A stretch of 63,646 bases of DNA, filler included, from Hausera hauseri (Eukaryota): assembly GCA_046269625.1 (NCBI GenBank). It is 11 parts of 11 records of this genome, joined end to end, with 100 filler letters (N's around TTAATTAATTAA, not from the genome) between each part and the next. Parts side by side here need not be neighbours in the genome. Positions count along the whole stretch, not along the records: positions 23,729 to 32,141 come from JBJURY010650996.1; positions 32,242 to 37,612 come from JBJURY010268508.1; positions 37,713 to 42,056 come from JBJURY010625997.1; 8 more parts are not named here. The stretch is one strand, 5' to 3'. The translations under genes and the position numbers were made by a program. Each line of letters opens with the position of its first letter. Within the stretch, counting starts at the first letter, position 1. Shown here in pieces: positions 26,841 to 38,269 of this stretch. Under the pieces are notes generated by a model that did not search any database, was not told the origin of the DNA, and was given only the letters and a program-made list of their open reading frames with translations.

Positions 26841-27340
26841 TTATTTGCATGAAACATCGTCATTACAAAGCCGTAGACATTTTTTGTAAGCACAATGCGG
26901 TCCATGATCACGATACTGACATCCAATATTGTCAGGTACCATCTCCAGCGAGCTGTTCGATGTTGAATATGTCGTCATTTGCAACTCGGGAAAGTGTGAA
27001 TGTAGTTGTGTAAACTTCTGTCCGTCAATTTGATCTTTAATGTAAAATATTGTATTTTTAAAGTCAAAACGATCACAAATGTCTCCCGTAATACATGTTA
27101 CACAGAAAGTTGAATTGCCTTCATACCAATGACGTCCATAACGATGTCGAAAGAGAAATCCATTTGTAAATTTCGCCTTTTCCATCAGGTCATTCCACAC
27201 AACATCGGGCTGGAATACGTACACAAGCAGTTCGAAAATGTTACTGACGTCCAGAGTGCCTAATTCCTTTATTATTATTAATTCCTTTATTATTATTAAT
27301 TCCTTCATTATTATTAATTCCTACTATATCGCCTTTACTT
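26841..27340 (-). pseudogene. DEDD-like nuclease of Polinton, N-terminus replaced by 18-bp repeat (KELIII)
   Basis: Homologous to 58373-58863 (IDIEAF...IKEL...HGL.W.EG...HGPHCA). Confidence 0.6.
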
Positions 27341-27419
27341 GTCATGTACAAAATCATTTTTCTGTTTATAACGCAAATAAAACAACTAATTATTATTATT
27401 TATTATCCAAACAATCATT

Positions 27420-27855
27420 AAACATATGTGGTTTTGTCCATATCACCAAAGCCAAATTCTTTGCGTTCATTTCGTGTTCCTTCATTGACACAAAACAATC
27501 ACCATTGTTCCGGTGACATTACACTGAATTCCGCCTCTTCATATAGAAGAAATACGATTTGTGATATTGCATTGCCATTCGCAATATCATACAATAGCCC
27601 GGATTGGTTTTCTAGCAACACCTTAATTTCACCACGAAAGTTCGAATCAATGACACCACCCACAACCGTCAGTCTGAGTTTTCCAATCCGCTTTTCGATA
27701 ACAGTTGGCCGTAGAAACCGGGTGGAATCGTCAATCGAATCCCAGTCGTTATGGATTTGATTGTTCCGTCTGAAATTGTCGTATTGACATTAGAAAATAC
27801 GTCGTAGCCCGCACTGCTTGCCGTAACACGTCTCGGTACAGTAGCACTCTCATCC
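27420..27855 (-). pseudogene. dUTPase (Polinton-borne)
   Basis: SAGYDV, ITTGIRLTIPPGFYGQLLSKSGL, GGVIDS.FRGEIKV; frameshifted. Confidence 0.9.
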
Positions 27856-28004
27856 ATCAAAATAATCTTTACATCATCTATTATCACTATTCTTATTCCT
27901 ATACCAATATTAAAATTACACGTACATTTATACTCGTTAACTGGGTTAATGAACGAAGAACGTAAAACAAAACAAAACAATAACAACAACAACAACAACA
28001 ATAT

Positions 28005-28500
28005 TTATTGATAATTAAAATATGTTTCAGATACACGCCAAATTGGACTTTTGATACCGACATTTTCCTTGTATCCCTGCAATTCAGTGTTCAGTCGACA
28101 CTATAAATCATTATCGGGTACATTAGACATTTCGCGACCGATAAAATCAAACAATTTAGTTTTGTAAGTCGGTAAAACGACAGATTGCTGTTGCACGGTC
28201 GTATCGTTCAACTTTAAATCCACGTTTCATTGATGTAAAACATCAGAAAGTTTATCCAAATTTTCACCCAAAAGCAGTTTTACACGACAGCTGTATTTGG
28301 GTGTGCATAGAGACACGGGATCATTAAATGAAATAAGTACTGGCGTTTGCAGAAAATGCATTGTTTTTGGTAAAAATATCTGTTTTTGGCGCGACGGTTT
28401 TGATTTTCGTTTACGCATTCCAATCATTGCCATTTGCCTTTTTGGTGTCCGTTTTGCTGCTACTGCTGCTGGTGATAATGATGATTCCTGAACAAGTTCC
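28005..28500 (-). pseudogene. Polinton accessory gene X2 (unknown function, paralog of X1)
   Basis: Homologous to 57215-57739; ends ELQGYKENVGIKSPIWRVSETYFNYQ. Confidence 0.6.
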
Positions 28501-28779
28501 TTTTTCCTTTTCAGATAATCGACATTATAATCGTTTTCCAGACAATCGCCATTAGAATTATCACACGGTTTTTCTAATTGTTAGACAGGTTCCGTTTTCC
28601 TTTCCAGCAATTTGACATTAGAACTGTCCTTTTTGTAGCCAAACAACCACGACCAATCGGAATTTTCATCAGTGTCACCACCATCATCATTGAGTAGAAT
28701 CGTTTTATCGTATTCCATGGCAATAATGTCTGAATGAGCATGGGAATGGTGTTTATAGTTTGTTATTGTTGTGCAGAGT

Positions 28780-29248
28780 ACATTATTTTGATTCACTAAA
28801 GCATTTATGTGGTTTTTAATTTGATTAATAATCGGTTCATAGTCCAATGTCCGAAACCGAGTACAATAATTTTTCCACTGCTAAACACATTGACACGGAG
28901 TGGGCGAAACGATGTCAGTCTCAGTGCAGGAAACAGTTTGGGTTCGTACGTACATTCATTGGCCACTGTTAATTTGTACAGATTGATTGATGTGCAGTCT
29001 AACTGAGTCGCTACCGTTATTTATTGGATTTGGTCAATGACAATTCCAAATGGCAGTAGTTTATTGTTACTGTCAGCTGTAATTGGTTTGCGGCAATCTA
29101 TAATAAGACACATTCCCGATTGAAATGTGATGCATGTAAAATCCGGTGGACACTTGAAGACATACTGCCTCGGCTTCCATTGATTAAAAGGTAGTGTGTT
29201 AATGTTACACTCGGTAAAATGTCTGCGATAGTTGATATTAGCTAACAT
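28780..29248 (-). pseudogene. TATA-binding-protein-like gene carried by Polinton (copy 1)
   Basis: Manual translation: MLANINYR...CITFQSGMCLI...IDQIQ*ITVATQLDCTSINLYKL...YEPKLFPALRLTSFRPLRVNVFSSGKIIVLG; matches the two-repeat TBP pattern (IQN....YEPELFPGL...IF.SGK..LTG). Confidence 0.8.
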
Positions 29249-29344
29249 TATGGAAACAGTGTTTATACTATAGCTATTTATATGCGTTTAACACGATTAT
29301 AGACAAATCATGTGAGGAAAGATTGTATTATTATTATTATTTAG

Positions 29345-29903
29345 ACGAAGCTGCAGAATGATGCAATTTTCCAGATTGTAGGCCCCAATGGAAGTAGCCT
29401 ACAAAACACTAACGTGACATGATCTATTCTCCGCGGTACAACCACATTTACTGGCACCAGGATGTTGGTGATGATGGTGAGTTCGGTGTAACACATCAGG
29501 AATTTTGTAAATTAAAATCGATAACGCTAATTGATGGGTTTGATGAGAACTAGACTGAGAGATTACGAAACAGTAACGTTATTGTCATTGACAATTTATT
29601 TCAGGAAGCTGCGAAACAATCGGACTTCAACAACCTGTTCACGAGAAATCTAAACGTACACTATTTGGTGCTGTTCAAAAAATTCTCCGTGATCAGACTA
29701 TCATTGATTATGTTGCACGACAAGCATTTCCCCATAACCAAGCCTACTTGATAGATGCATATCATGATGCTATGAACAAACCGCATGGATATCTGTTTAT
29801 TGACTTTACCCAACAGTGCTCAGATGACATGCGTTTACGAACAGATATTTTCAATCCGAAAGGTGTATATGTCTATAAACGAATTCGAAAATCGACACGA
29901 TAG
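29345..29903 (+). pseudogene. A32-like DNA packaging ATPase (Polinton), degenerate
   Basis: FQIVGPNGS (decayed Walker A), VIVIDNLF (Walker B), YLVLFK..RDQT, PHGYLFIDFTQ. Confidence 0.85.
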
Positions 29904-30161
29904 TAGTAGTAGTAGTAAAATGAAGAATTTCCGAAAAACAATTATTAAACGTAAACCAACCAAACAGGTATCCAAGAAGAAACGTGCGTCAAATACATCA
30001 AAATGCTACGCTACAACTTAGCGAGTGATCAGTTCAGTGCTTCAAACAACAACAACAACATCAGCAGCGAAGCGCAGGTTACCGTCAAAGTGGCAACGAT
30101 TATAAACAACTACGATTCGATGCATCAATATTCGTACATTCATTCATTCATTCATTGAATC

Positions 30162-30472
30162 ATGCGTTTCAAACGTAGTCAACCGTACTTTATTGCTTTG
30201 CTTAAAGCACCGTCGAGTCAAAAACGGAACATGCGGAATTTGTAGCAGGCAATTTAATGGAAATTTTATACAATATCGTTGTGGGTCACGTTGACATTGG
30301 TTGTGGAGAGCGGAATTTACTAAAGTGTTGAAAACGACTCATTGACCTTGCCAACGCTCGTAGCAAACGACTGAAACGAAAGGGCATGTACCAGCAAGGT
30401 GGCAGATTCCTTGGTGCAATTCAACCGATTGTCACGTCATTATTGAGTGGTCTCATTGGTGGAACAGTTTAG
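30162..30472 (+). pseudogene. Polinton small core-protein-like gene with QxGG-FL amphipathic tail
   Basis: MRFKRSQPYF..LLKAP...LMEILYNIVVGHV; C-terminal QQGG.FLGAI.PI.TSLL.GLIGG; homologous to 55289-55603. Confidence 0.55.
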
Positions 30473-30625
30473 TATAAACAGTGACAGTAAGTATATGATG
30501 ATAAAGCGATATGGGTGCATGGTTTTCATCATTTTGTCCCAGTTTACCGAATCTTTCACGAAGGTTTTGTTATAATTGCTACACTTCTAACAAAAATAAT
30601 ATCATTGACAACACCGACGACAACG

Positions 30626-31647
30626 ATGGACGACGTGTGGTTCGATCCGCGTCATCCCGTCAAATATACTGACGTCGACAAACTGGCAAAACTGTCAAAC
30701 AGACTCGGCGACAAACCCAACGTTGGCTGGGGAAACAGTTAGCATACAGCATAAACAAACCGATAAAAAGACGGTTTCCATCTCGTGCATACCGCACTGC
30801 AAGTGTAAATAATGTATGGCAAATGAATCTGATGAAAATAATTCCATACGCCAGCATCAACGATGGGTATTGATATGTGCTGACATGTATTGATGTGTTT
30901 AGTCGTTTTGCACGTGCAGCTGCAGTCAAATCTAAATCCGATAAGGAGATTGCCTGTTCACACATTAATAGACCAATAGCCGCCGAAATGTACAAACGGA
31001 TTTGAGTAAAGAATTTTATAACTCCCATTTCACATTGGCTTTAGGGCGGTTCGGTGTAAATCACTACTAGGTGTTTTCACAATACAAGGCTGCACTCATT
31101 GAACGATTTAATCGAACCTTACGCGGCAGACTGAACAAATTCTTTATCAAGCAGGGCAATAAATGCTGGGTAGATGTATTACCGAATATTAAGCATGCAT
31201 ACAATCATTCGACACATCGTGGAATCAAGGGATTACGGTTGATGGATGTAATCAATGATTTGGACATGTAGCTTTACCAAAATCGAACACAACGACGACC
31301 AACTAAACGTCCCAAGTATAAAATAGGTGATTATATACGTATTTCAAATTTGAGTACGACACCATTCATTAGGAATTTCAATCGGAACAGGAGCGTTGAG
31401 GTTTTCCGAATTTCGGCAATCAACATAAGAAAACGCATGTTATGTAAGTTTTAGACGATGAAAATGGTGATAAAATACGTGGCAAATTTTATGAACAGGA
31501 ACTGCAAGTACTACAGGAAAGACCTGATGTGTATCGTATTCAAGAAATTCTACGTTCACTCGGCAAAGGTTCGAATAAACAGTATCTCGTCAAGTGGCAC
31601 GGATACACTACACCAAGATGGACATATGCATCGCAGATTGAGTGATG
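30626..31647 (+). mobile_element. Polinton RVE integrase with C-terminal chromodomain, degenerate
   Basis: VWQM.LM, LTCIDVFSRFA, KAALIERFNRTLR, YNHSTHR, KQYLVKWHGY. Confidence 0.9.
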
Positions 31648-31865
31648 AGTAATAGATTATCAGAACATGACACCAACAACAGTACCGCTGAACGGTTTAC
31701 CATGACGTTGGACCAGCCGCGCGACGTACGCCAGGGCGGCTGGAAAGTGGTTTTGGCGGAATTCACATTTACATTTTCACCAATAAAAATACATGAGAAT
31801 AGTGGAATATACTATGCTCTAGTAAGACAATCTCCTGCACCTAGTCGTTTGCAGTTAGTCCGAAG
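31642..31865 (+). pseudogene. Minor capsid (penton) protein N-terminal fragment
   Basis: NSTAERFTMTLDQPRDVRQGGWKVVLAEFTF resembles the Polinton penton N-terminal F...L..P......W.V.L.E motif; directly downstream of integrase. Confidence 0.55.
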
Positions 31866-31867
31866 CA

Positions 31868-32141
31868 TTTATAAACGGATTTGGGTAAGGAATCCTACAA
31901 CGCCCACGTTGCAGCGGTCTTGAAACGGTTCGGTGTAAACCACTACTCGGTGTTTTCACAATACAAGGCTGCACTCGTTGAACGATTTAATCGAACACTG
32001 CGCGGCCGCCTAAACAAATTCTTTACGAATCAAGGCAACAAGCGCTGGGTAGATGTACTGCCGGATATTATCCATGCATACAACCATTCGACACACCGTG
32101 GAATCAACGGAATGCGCCCCGTTGATGTAATCGATGATTTG
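31868..32141 (+). mobile_element. Second integrase fragment interrupting the penton gene
   Basis: TDLGKESYN...KAALVERFNRTLRGRL...YNHSTHRG. Confidence 0.85.
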
Positions 32142-32241
32142 NNNNNNNNNNNNNNNNNNNNNNNNNNNNNNNNNNNNNNNNNNNNTTAATTAATTAANNN
32201 NNNNNNNNNNNNNNNNNNNNNNNNNNNNNNNNNNNNNNNNN

Positions 32242-32795
32242 AATATACCAAGATGATAAGGACTTGTTAGGGAATATACCAGTATAATAAGGAATCATTA
32301 GGAATATATTAGTATTAGTCGGATTATATGAGGAATAGAGGGAAATGTATCAGAATAATTAGGGAATATATATGCAATTTAGAGAATGAATATCTGGATG
32401 ATATATGTGCTGTGTGTTTGTATCGGTAAAATTTAATAAGGGAAATGTATAGCTAAGATATGTGTGCTTGTATGTTTGTGTATGTAAGCAATCTAGGAAA
32501 GGAATGGCTATATGTTGTGTGCTTGTGAGTAACCTGAGAAATCAATTAATAAGAGTTCATCTGCATGTATGTGCTTGTAAATGACATGAGAAAATGTATA
32601 GCTGAGATATATGTATGTGCTTGTGTGAGTAAAGTGCTAATAACTTGATAAATTAATAGCTCAAATATATATTGTGTGTGCATGTATGGATCGATAGTGC
32701 ACAGTATGTACAATCGATCAGCACATGTGCAAAATCGATTTATCGATTACCCCTCCCCCCCGGAGGTGGGCCAAAACCGCCATTTTCACACTACT
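32242..32795. repeat. Polinton terminus (TIR end, ...CACTACT = reverse complement of 5'-AGTAGTG)
   Basis: The last ~90 nt align with 38188-38269 and similarity stops exactly at ACTACT in both. Confidence 0.7.
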
Positions 32796-33876
32796 TACCA
32801 AGCCTAAAGTAATACAACAGAGATACGGAAAGAGATTCATGGACTCATAAATGGAACCATAAGTATAATAATTTCCCTTATTTAATCTTAAATAACAAGG
32901 TACCAAATTCTTATAGTAAATTTGCATTCGTAAGCAACATTTATGCTGAACTAAAACATTTCTTAAAATGTGGATAATAATTTGTGATATTCGTACTTCC
33001 ATTATAAGCGAAATCAAAAAACGCACAAAATTTTCATTCATTTATAATAAACCGCTTTTGTTGAACGTGTTGTGATATTAAATAAATTATTTGCTTAATT
33101 ATCATCTGTTTATTTAAACAGCTACATATGTATTTTCTGGTTTCAAATGCAAGTACCAGAATATTGAGACTCTATTTTAAGCAAAATGAAGTACAATTGT
33201 AAATTGCTTACAATGAAACGAATTTACTGTTTTTATAACAAATAGTCAGAGAGGTGCAAAATATAATGCAGAATATTAATAAGAAAACATTTTCCCAAGA
33301 AAACCAAAATAACGCATTTGGAGCCTTCAAATGTTACAGCATTTCGCACTTGTTCAAATCTCCACACAGCTATGCTTAGAAATTTTGAACTTTGAGAACA
33401 TTTTCGTTTGTTTTCAATATTTGAATTATAATGTCAATATAAAATGTATTTGTTTAAATCACAATAGCATATTCTTTCGTGTAAATTTTGGTTATCACAC
33501 AACTGACTAAAGCCTATATTCGATTGTTATTTTTTATTTCGTCAGAATGTAAACAATACGATATAAATTGTACGAATCACGACACATTACGAGAGAAGTA
33601 CTTAGCGGATATTAATCAGTTCGGCAGAACATCAAGAAGACACAAAAAAGCAAAAATTTCCATAAATTTAAAATTTCTCTTCTGCATGTTAGGAGGGAAA
33701 CCAAAACGTGCGAAATGATGTACCATGTGAAAGCTTCATTACATTATTTAAGTTTTCACATTTTATAACACACTGTTCCAAACTCCAAAACTGCATTTAC
33801 ATAGGAAGAAAAGATTTTGTAATGACACTACACGGGTCTCAAATGAACTATTTAAAGAGCAATTTAACATTCAAAA

Positions 33877-34640
33877 TCAAATATACTTTTGCACGTCACT
33901 TAACCAAAGTCGATTTTCCATAATATGGTTCACAAATCGATTACCGAATGCCTTAAATACTTCCAGTTTCTCATTGGAAATATTATCTAAATATAGCGAG
34001 GAAACTCGGCTAACATCTACGCCAATTTTCCGATGGCTTCCCGAACACCTTAGACAAACGACAACGCCAATATTGTAACATAACCACACGGGTTTGTCGG
34101 CACCACATTCGGCACAAATGTCGTTACCCGGTTTATCAAGAATTTCTTTAATCAAGGGAGACACTTGCCCGCCGTGATCCCAGTATGATACCGATTTAGA
34201 AATAGCATTCAGCCATGAATCTCTTTCTTCTGCAGTATTTGCAATAAATTCATGAGTTTTAAGCGTATTGTTCTCATTTATGATAAGTAAAAATGATCCA
34301 TCTTGTTCACTTTCGACCACTAGCAAGTTTTAAATGAATTATAACCATTATTGCCGACAGAAATACTTTTCGATCTACTTTGACCAGAAATTGGACAGTC
34401 ATTTTTCTTAAATGAGCAGCTTGCAAGACAATATTCTTTAAATGAGCATCGGTTCTATTTAAACCAATAAATTGTTATTAAAGTTTAATCCAATACCTTT
34501 ACGTGAAACATATGACCATCTGTAGTGATCGTCACATGTAACTGGTTCTTAGACTTGGCCTTTCGTAACGAACCTGATTTGAGTACAGACTTTTTTATCA
34601 ATTCACAATATCTTGTATCTTTCATTAGTTGCTAATTAAT
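33877..34640 (-). CDS. PH domain + ArfGAP domain protein (partial model; further exons likely)
   Basis: PH C-terminal helix FIANTAEERDSWLNAI followed by ArfGAP zinc finger PGNDICAECG...W...NIGVVVCLRCSGSHRKIGVDVSRVSSL.LD. Confidence 0.85.
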
Positions 34641-36652
34641 ACAAAATATCAAAATACATTTGGTCATAAATCACATTAAGTAGATTTACTGGTATACATA
34701 TTTCATGCTTCTTATATACATTTTGTCAAATGAAACATCATAACCACAGTACGCGACAAACAAATAAGTTGGAGGAAAATTCTGTTTCATTTCCAACAAA
34801 AAAGGATATTTAAAGGTTATTAAAAATTATTCTTCCATAACATTTCACCTGTTGATGAGAAAGCTGTGTCTTCAGAATTTTCACGTTAATATGTGGACAG
34901 AACACCAATGATACATTACCAACTGAATATTAGTAGATTATTCGAAGAAGTTACAGGAATTTTATGAAATAATCGTATGCTAATTATGGGAATATTAAAC
35001 AAATGACGAAAACAGTTCATTTTCCAATTGAGTTACTTTGGCAAGGTTTGTAGAAGTTTTCAAATGACTAACTGATATACAGGTTTTAATTACTTTCCTA
35101 GTAAGAACGAGAAACGTAATATCTGGTGTGTTTCAAAATGATAACGCAACATTTACGTCGATTACGTCGTGTGTAAACAAAAAATACACAAATAGGTTAT
35201 CAAGAATATTATACATCATTTAAATTAGCCGAAAAAATAATTACCATTAATTGAGTGACGCCGATTTACAAACAAAAAATTGTAAATAATAATATTGTAA
35301 AATTAGTTAAATAAAATGCGTCAGAAAAGAAAAATGTATGATCACATCAATACTTTCTACAATTAAGGTGAAGCAGAAACGTTGAATGAGTTCCGAAACA
35401 GTTAGAAGTTCAGACAGAATGTGAGAATTTAATAAAGATTGATGTGAATCGTAAATTTTGGCTTTGAACCACGAAACACAACTTACTACGAGCCAAATAT
35501 TAAAAAATTCGACAGGACATCATGAAACCGCTGTAATCTAAAGGAGAATGATCAAAAAAGGGTGCAACTTTTGTCATCTCAAATACTTCTGCATTATGGA
35601 GGAGTAATTGAGAGAAATGACATAACATGTTAAGGTTCTGATTGCATAATTTTATCTTTACTTGCAAAACTTTTTTCAAATTATTATTCAGTATAAATTT
35701 GTGCACTTGTATACTTAAGTTGCATACAAAATCCTAACTAATAGCGAGGTAAGGTCCCTAGTCAGTTTGTTGAAGAAACTAAAAGTAAGCATACACTATC
35801 GCCTATTAAGTAAAGTTCGAATGATCCATATCTGCGATTATTTGACAAATTATACGACAACCGATAAATTCATAAAGTTATCGGTTAGTATAATTTAGTT
35901 AAAGATAATTTTATCATTTTTTGGCAAAAGCGTGTCTTAAGATTTTAATTCATTTCGACGTGTTACCGAGTTTCACCCCTATGATTAGTGTGAGAGTTAA
36001 GATATTAATGTTAAAGTAAAGGTTAGCATTTGAGTTAGGATTATGGCTAGTGTTAGAGTAAGGCTTAGTGTTAGGGTGAAATATACTTGAGTGAATTGCA
36101 ACTGGGGTAAATTATTCTGCGATGAATTGTGCTATGGTGTGAAATGTATCATAAGCTACAATGCACTTTAGAGTAGTGTGGTTGATGTGAAATGTTATTA
36201 AGGAATTCATTATGATCTTATGACCTTTTCATGAGCCTTCTTCAGGTGAATTATTAAGTTATTGACAAAATGAGGTTTCAAATAGCCAAACATATTGCAA
36301 TTTACACGCATGGCTATTGGACAGCCAGTTATGAGATATACTTCTAAATTTCAATCAGGAATCAAGGGTGCTGTGTATTATCCCACATTAAAACCGGAAT
36401 TATGTATGCAGTAAATATGTAATAAAAATTAAAAGAAATAATCACTCAAAGATTAAAGATATATATAATTACGGTCCTTTGTAATTAAAATTCTGAGGGT
36501 TCACCATAGTCAGCGAATGTTTAATTTTCAATTCAATTCAATTATTTTTAACCCTTGAAATTAAATTATTGTTTCATCGTTACAAAAAATCAATTTAACT
36601 TTGTCAAAAAAGACAAATAAAAGTTGACTTATTGAAAGTCATAAGAACGTAC

Positions 36653-36815
36653 TTTCCATTGAGCGCGGTGACTCCCATGGTGCTCCGTGGCGTGGACATG
36701 CTGGCCACGTAGTTCCACTGTCTGGCCTGGGGGTCCCAGCGCTCCACTGTGTTCAGGTAGCTCCAGCCATCGTGGCCCCCCACAGCATACATGGGACCCT
36801 CAAGCACAGCGATAC
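36653..36815 (-). CDS. Single internal exon of Kelch-like protein, KLHL1/4/5 group, vertebrate-like
   Basis: [53 protein letters not shown] between TTTTCTCAG acceptor and GTACGT donor; GC-rich. Confidence 0.9.
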
Positions 36816-37712
36816 CTGAGAAAACAAGACAAGTCCACGTTTTTATTTTTTTAAAATGACTTGTTCCATTATAGAATTTCTAACACACATTTGAGCTTGA
36901 CACATTTATTTTGTACTTGTGCCTGGCATCGAAATTAAATGGGTAGTTCTGCTTTTACCCTCTGTCTGTGTTTGACTGAAGTTAGGCTTTTCGGATTTTA
37001 CTCAAGTTCTCAGCAAGTAATCACTGGGTGTACATCTATATCGGGTTAATTTTTTAAGTTATTCCAATGGTTGCCATACTGTATTGACATTAGCAAAACA
37101 AAAATGGCTATAGCTAGGCTACGTACACTTGTATAGAGCTCAAATTGGATGTAGTAGCAGCAGAGTCAATCCCAACATGTATTCTGAGCTATAACACAGC
37201 TAATAATATCACACGAGGCTGTGTAAAAAGTTATTTATAAGCTATAACTCTGTGCCTTTTCACAATAAGATGATTTGTTTGGGTAAAACTCTGGCACGAA
37301 TTCCTTTTACAGATGCCAGGCCTTACATTAATTATTGATGAATTGAAACCTTATGGCCCTATGTTTTCAGCAGATAAGTAAAGCTAACCATGCAGTCAAT
37401 TCATTGATGTGTCAAAAAACTAAGCAGAGTTATGGTTCTCATTTTTGAGGAGTGTGAGGTATGCAGCAGACCAAATCTGTTCCTAAAACAGGAAGACTAT
37501 ACAGCAGCATTGTTATTTCTCATTTCCAAGTCTTAGAGGAAAGTAGTTTCCACCAGCAACAATGTCGGGGATTTCTAAACACAATGGATTTTTAGTTTAC
37601 AACCCTTATTTCNNNNNNNNNNNNNNNNNNNNNNNNNNNNNNNNNNNNNNNNNNNNTTAATTAATTAANNNNNNNNNNNNNNNNNNNNNNNNNNNNNNNN
37701 NNNNNNNNNNNN

Positions 37713-38269
37713 GATAATCAATACACACTTGAATTGTGCACTGATTAAAAGCGCATCGCCTATGCACATGCCGGTACATGTGCCATTTTAATATCATTGA
37801 TTTAAAATTTATACCCGAAAGGCCTATGGCGATTCTGCTTACTTGCGAATTATTCGGAAACCAATAGATCGATTTAAATTCTAACTGCACATTTACATAC
37901 AGCATCAAGTGCATTACCGATTGCTTCCGGTCCCAAACCCTAATGATCGATTTTTAAAATCTCGAAAATCCAATATTATTGATTTTTGCACATTTGCCCA
38001 TGCGCTGCACACTTGTAATCTGCACCAATCGATGCACCTTGGTGTGCTGTATCGATTAGCACTTTGCTCCGGTCGATTCGATAAATAGTGCACTGTGCAT
38101 CGATCGATATGTGAAAAGTGCCCCTAGCAACGGTCCCTCGCGGCACCCTTGTCAGGCACTTTTTGGGTGGATAGTGCTCCGGGTGCACTATCGATCAGCA
38201 CATGTGCAAAATTGGTTTATCGATAAACCCGTCCCCGAGGTGGGACGGAACGGCCATTTCTGCACTACT
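37713..38269. repeat. Polinton family A TIR end, inserted into family B pPolB
   Basis: Shares sequence with 23505-23628 and 32710-32795; ends ACTACT abutting pPolB codons. Confidence 0.72.

Noticed and set aside
35985-36080. Telomeric repeat
   Set aside because: Only a degenerate TTAGGG-like tract with no perfect array
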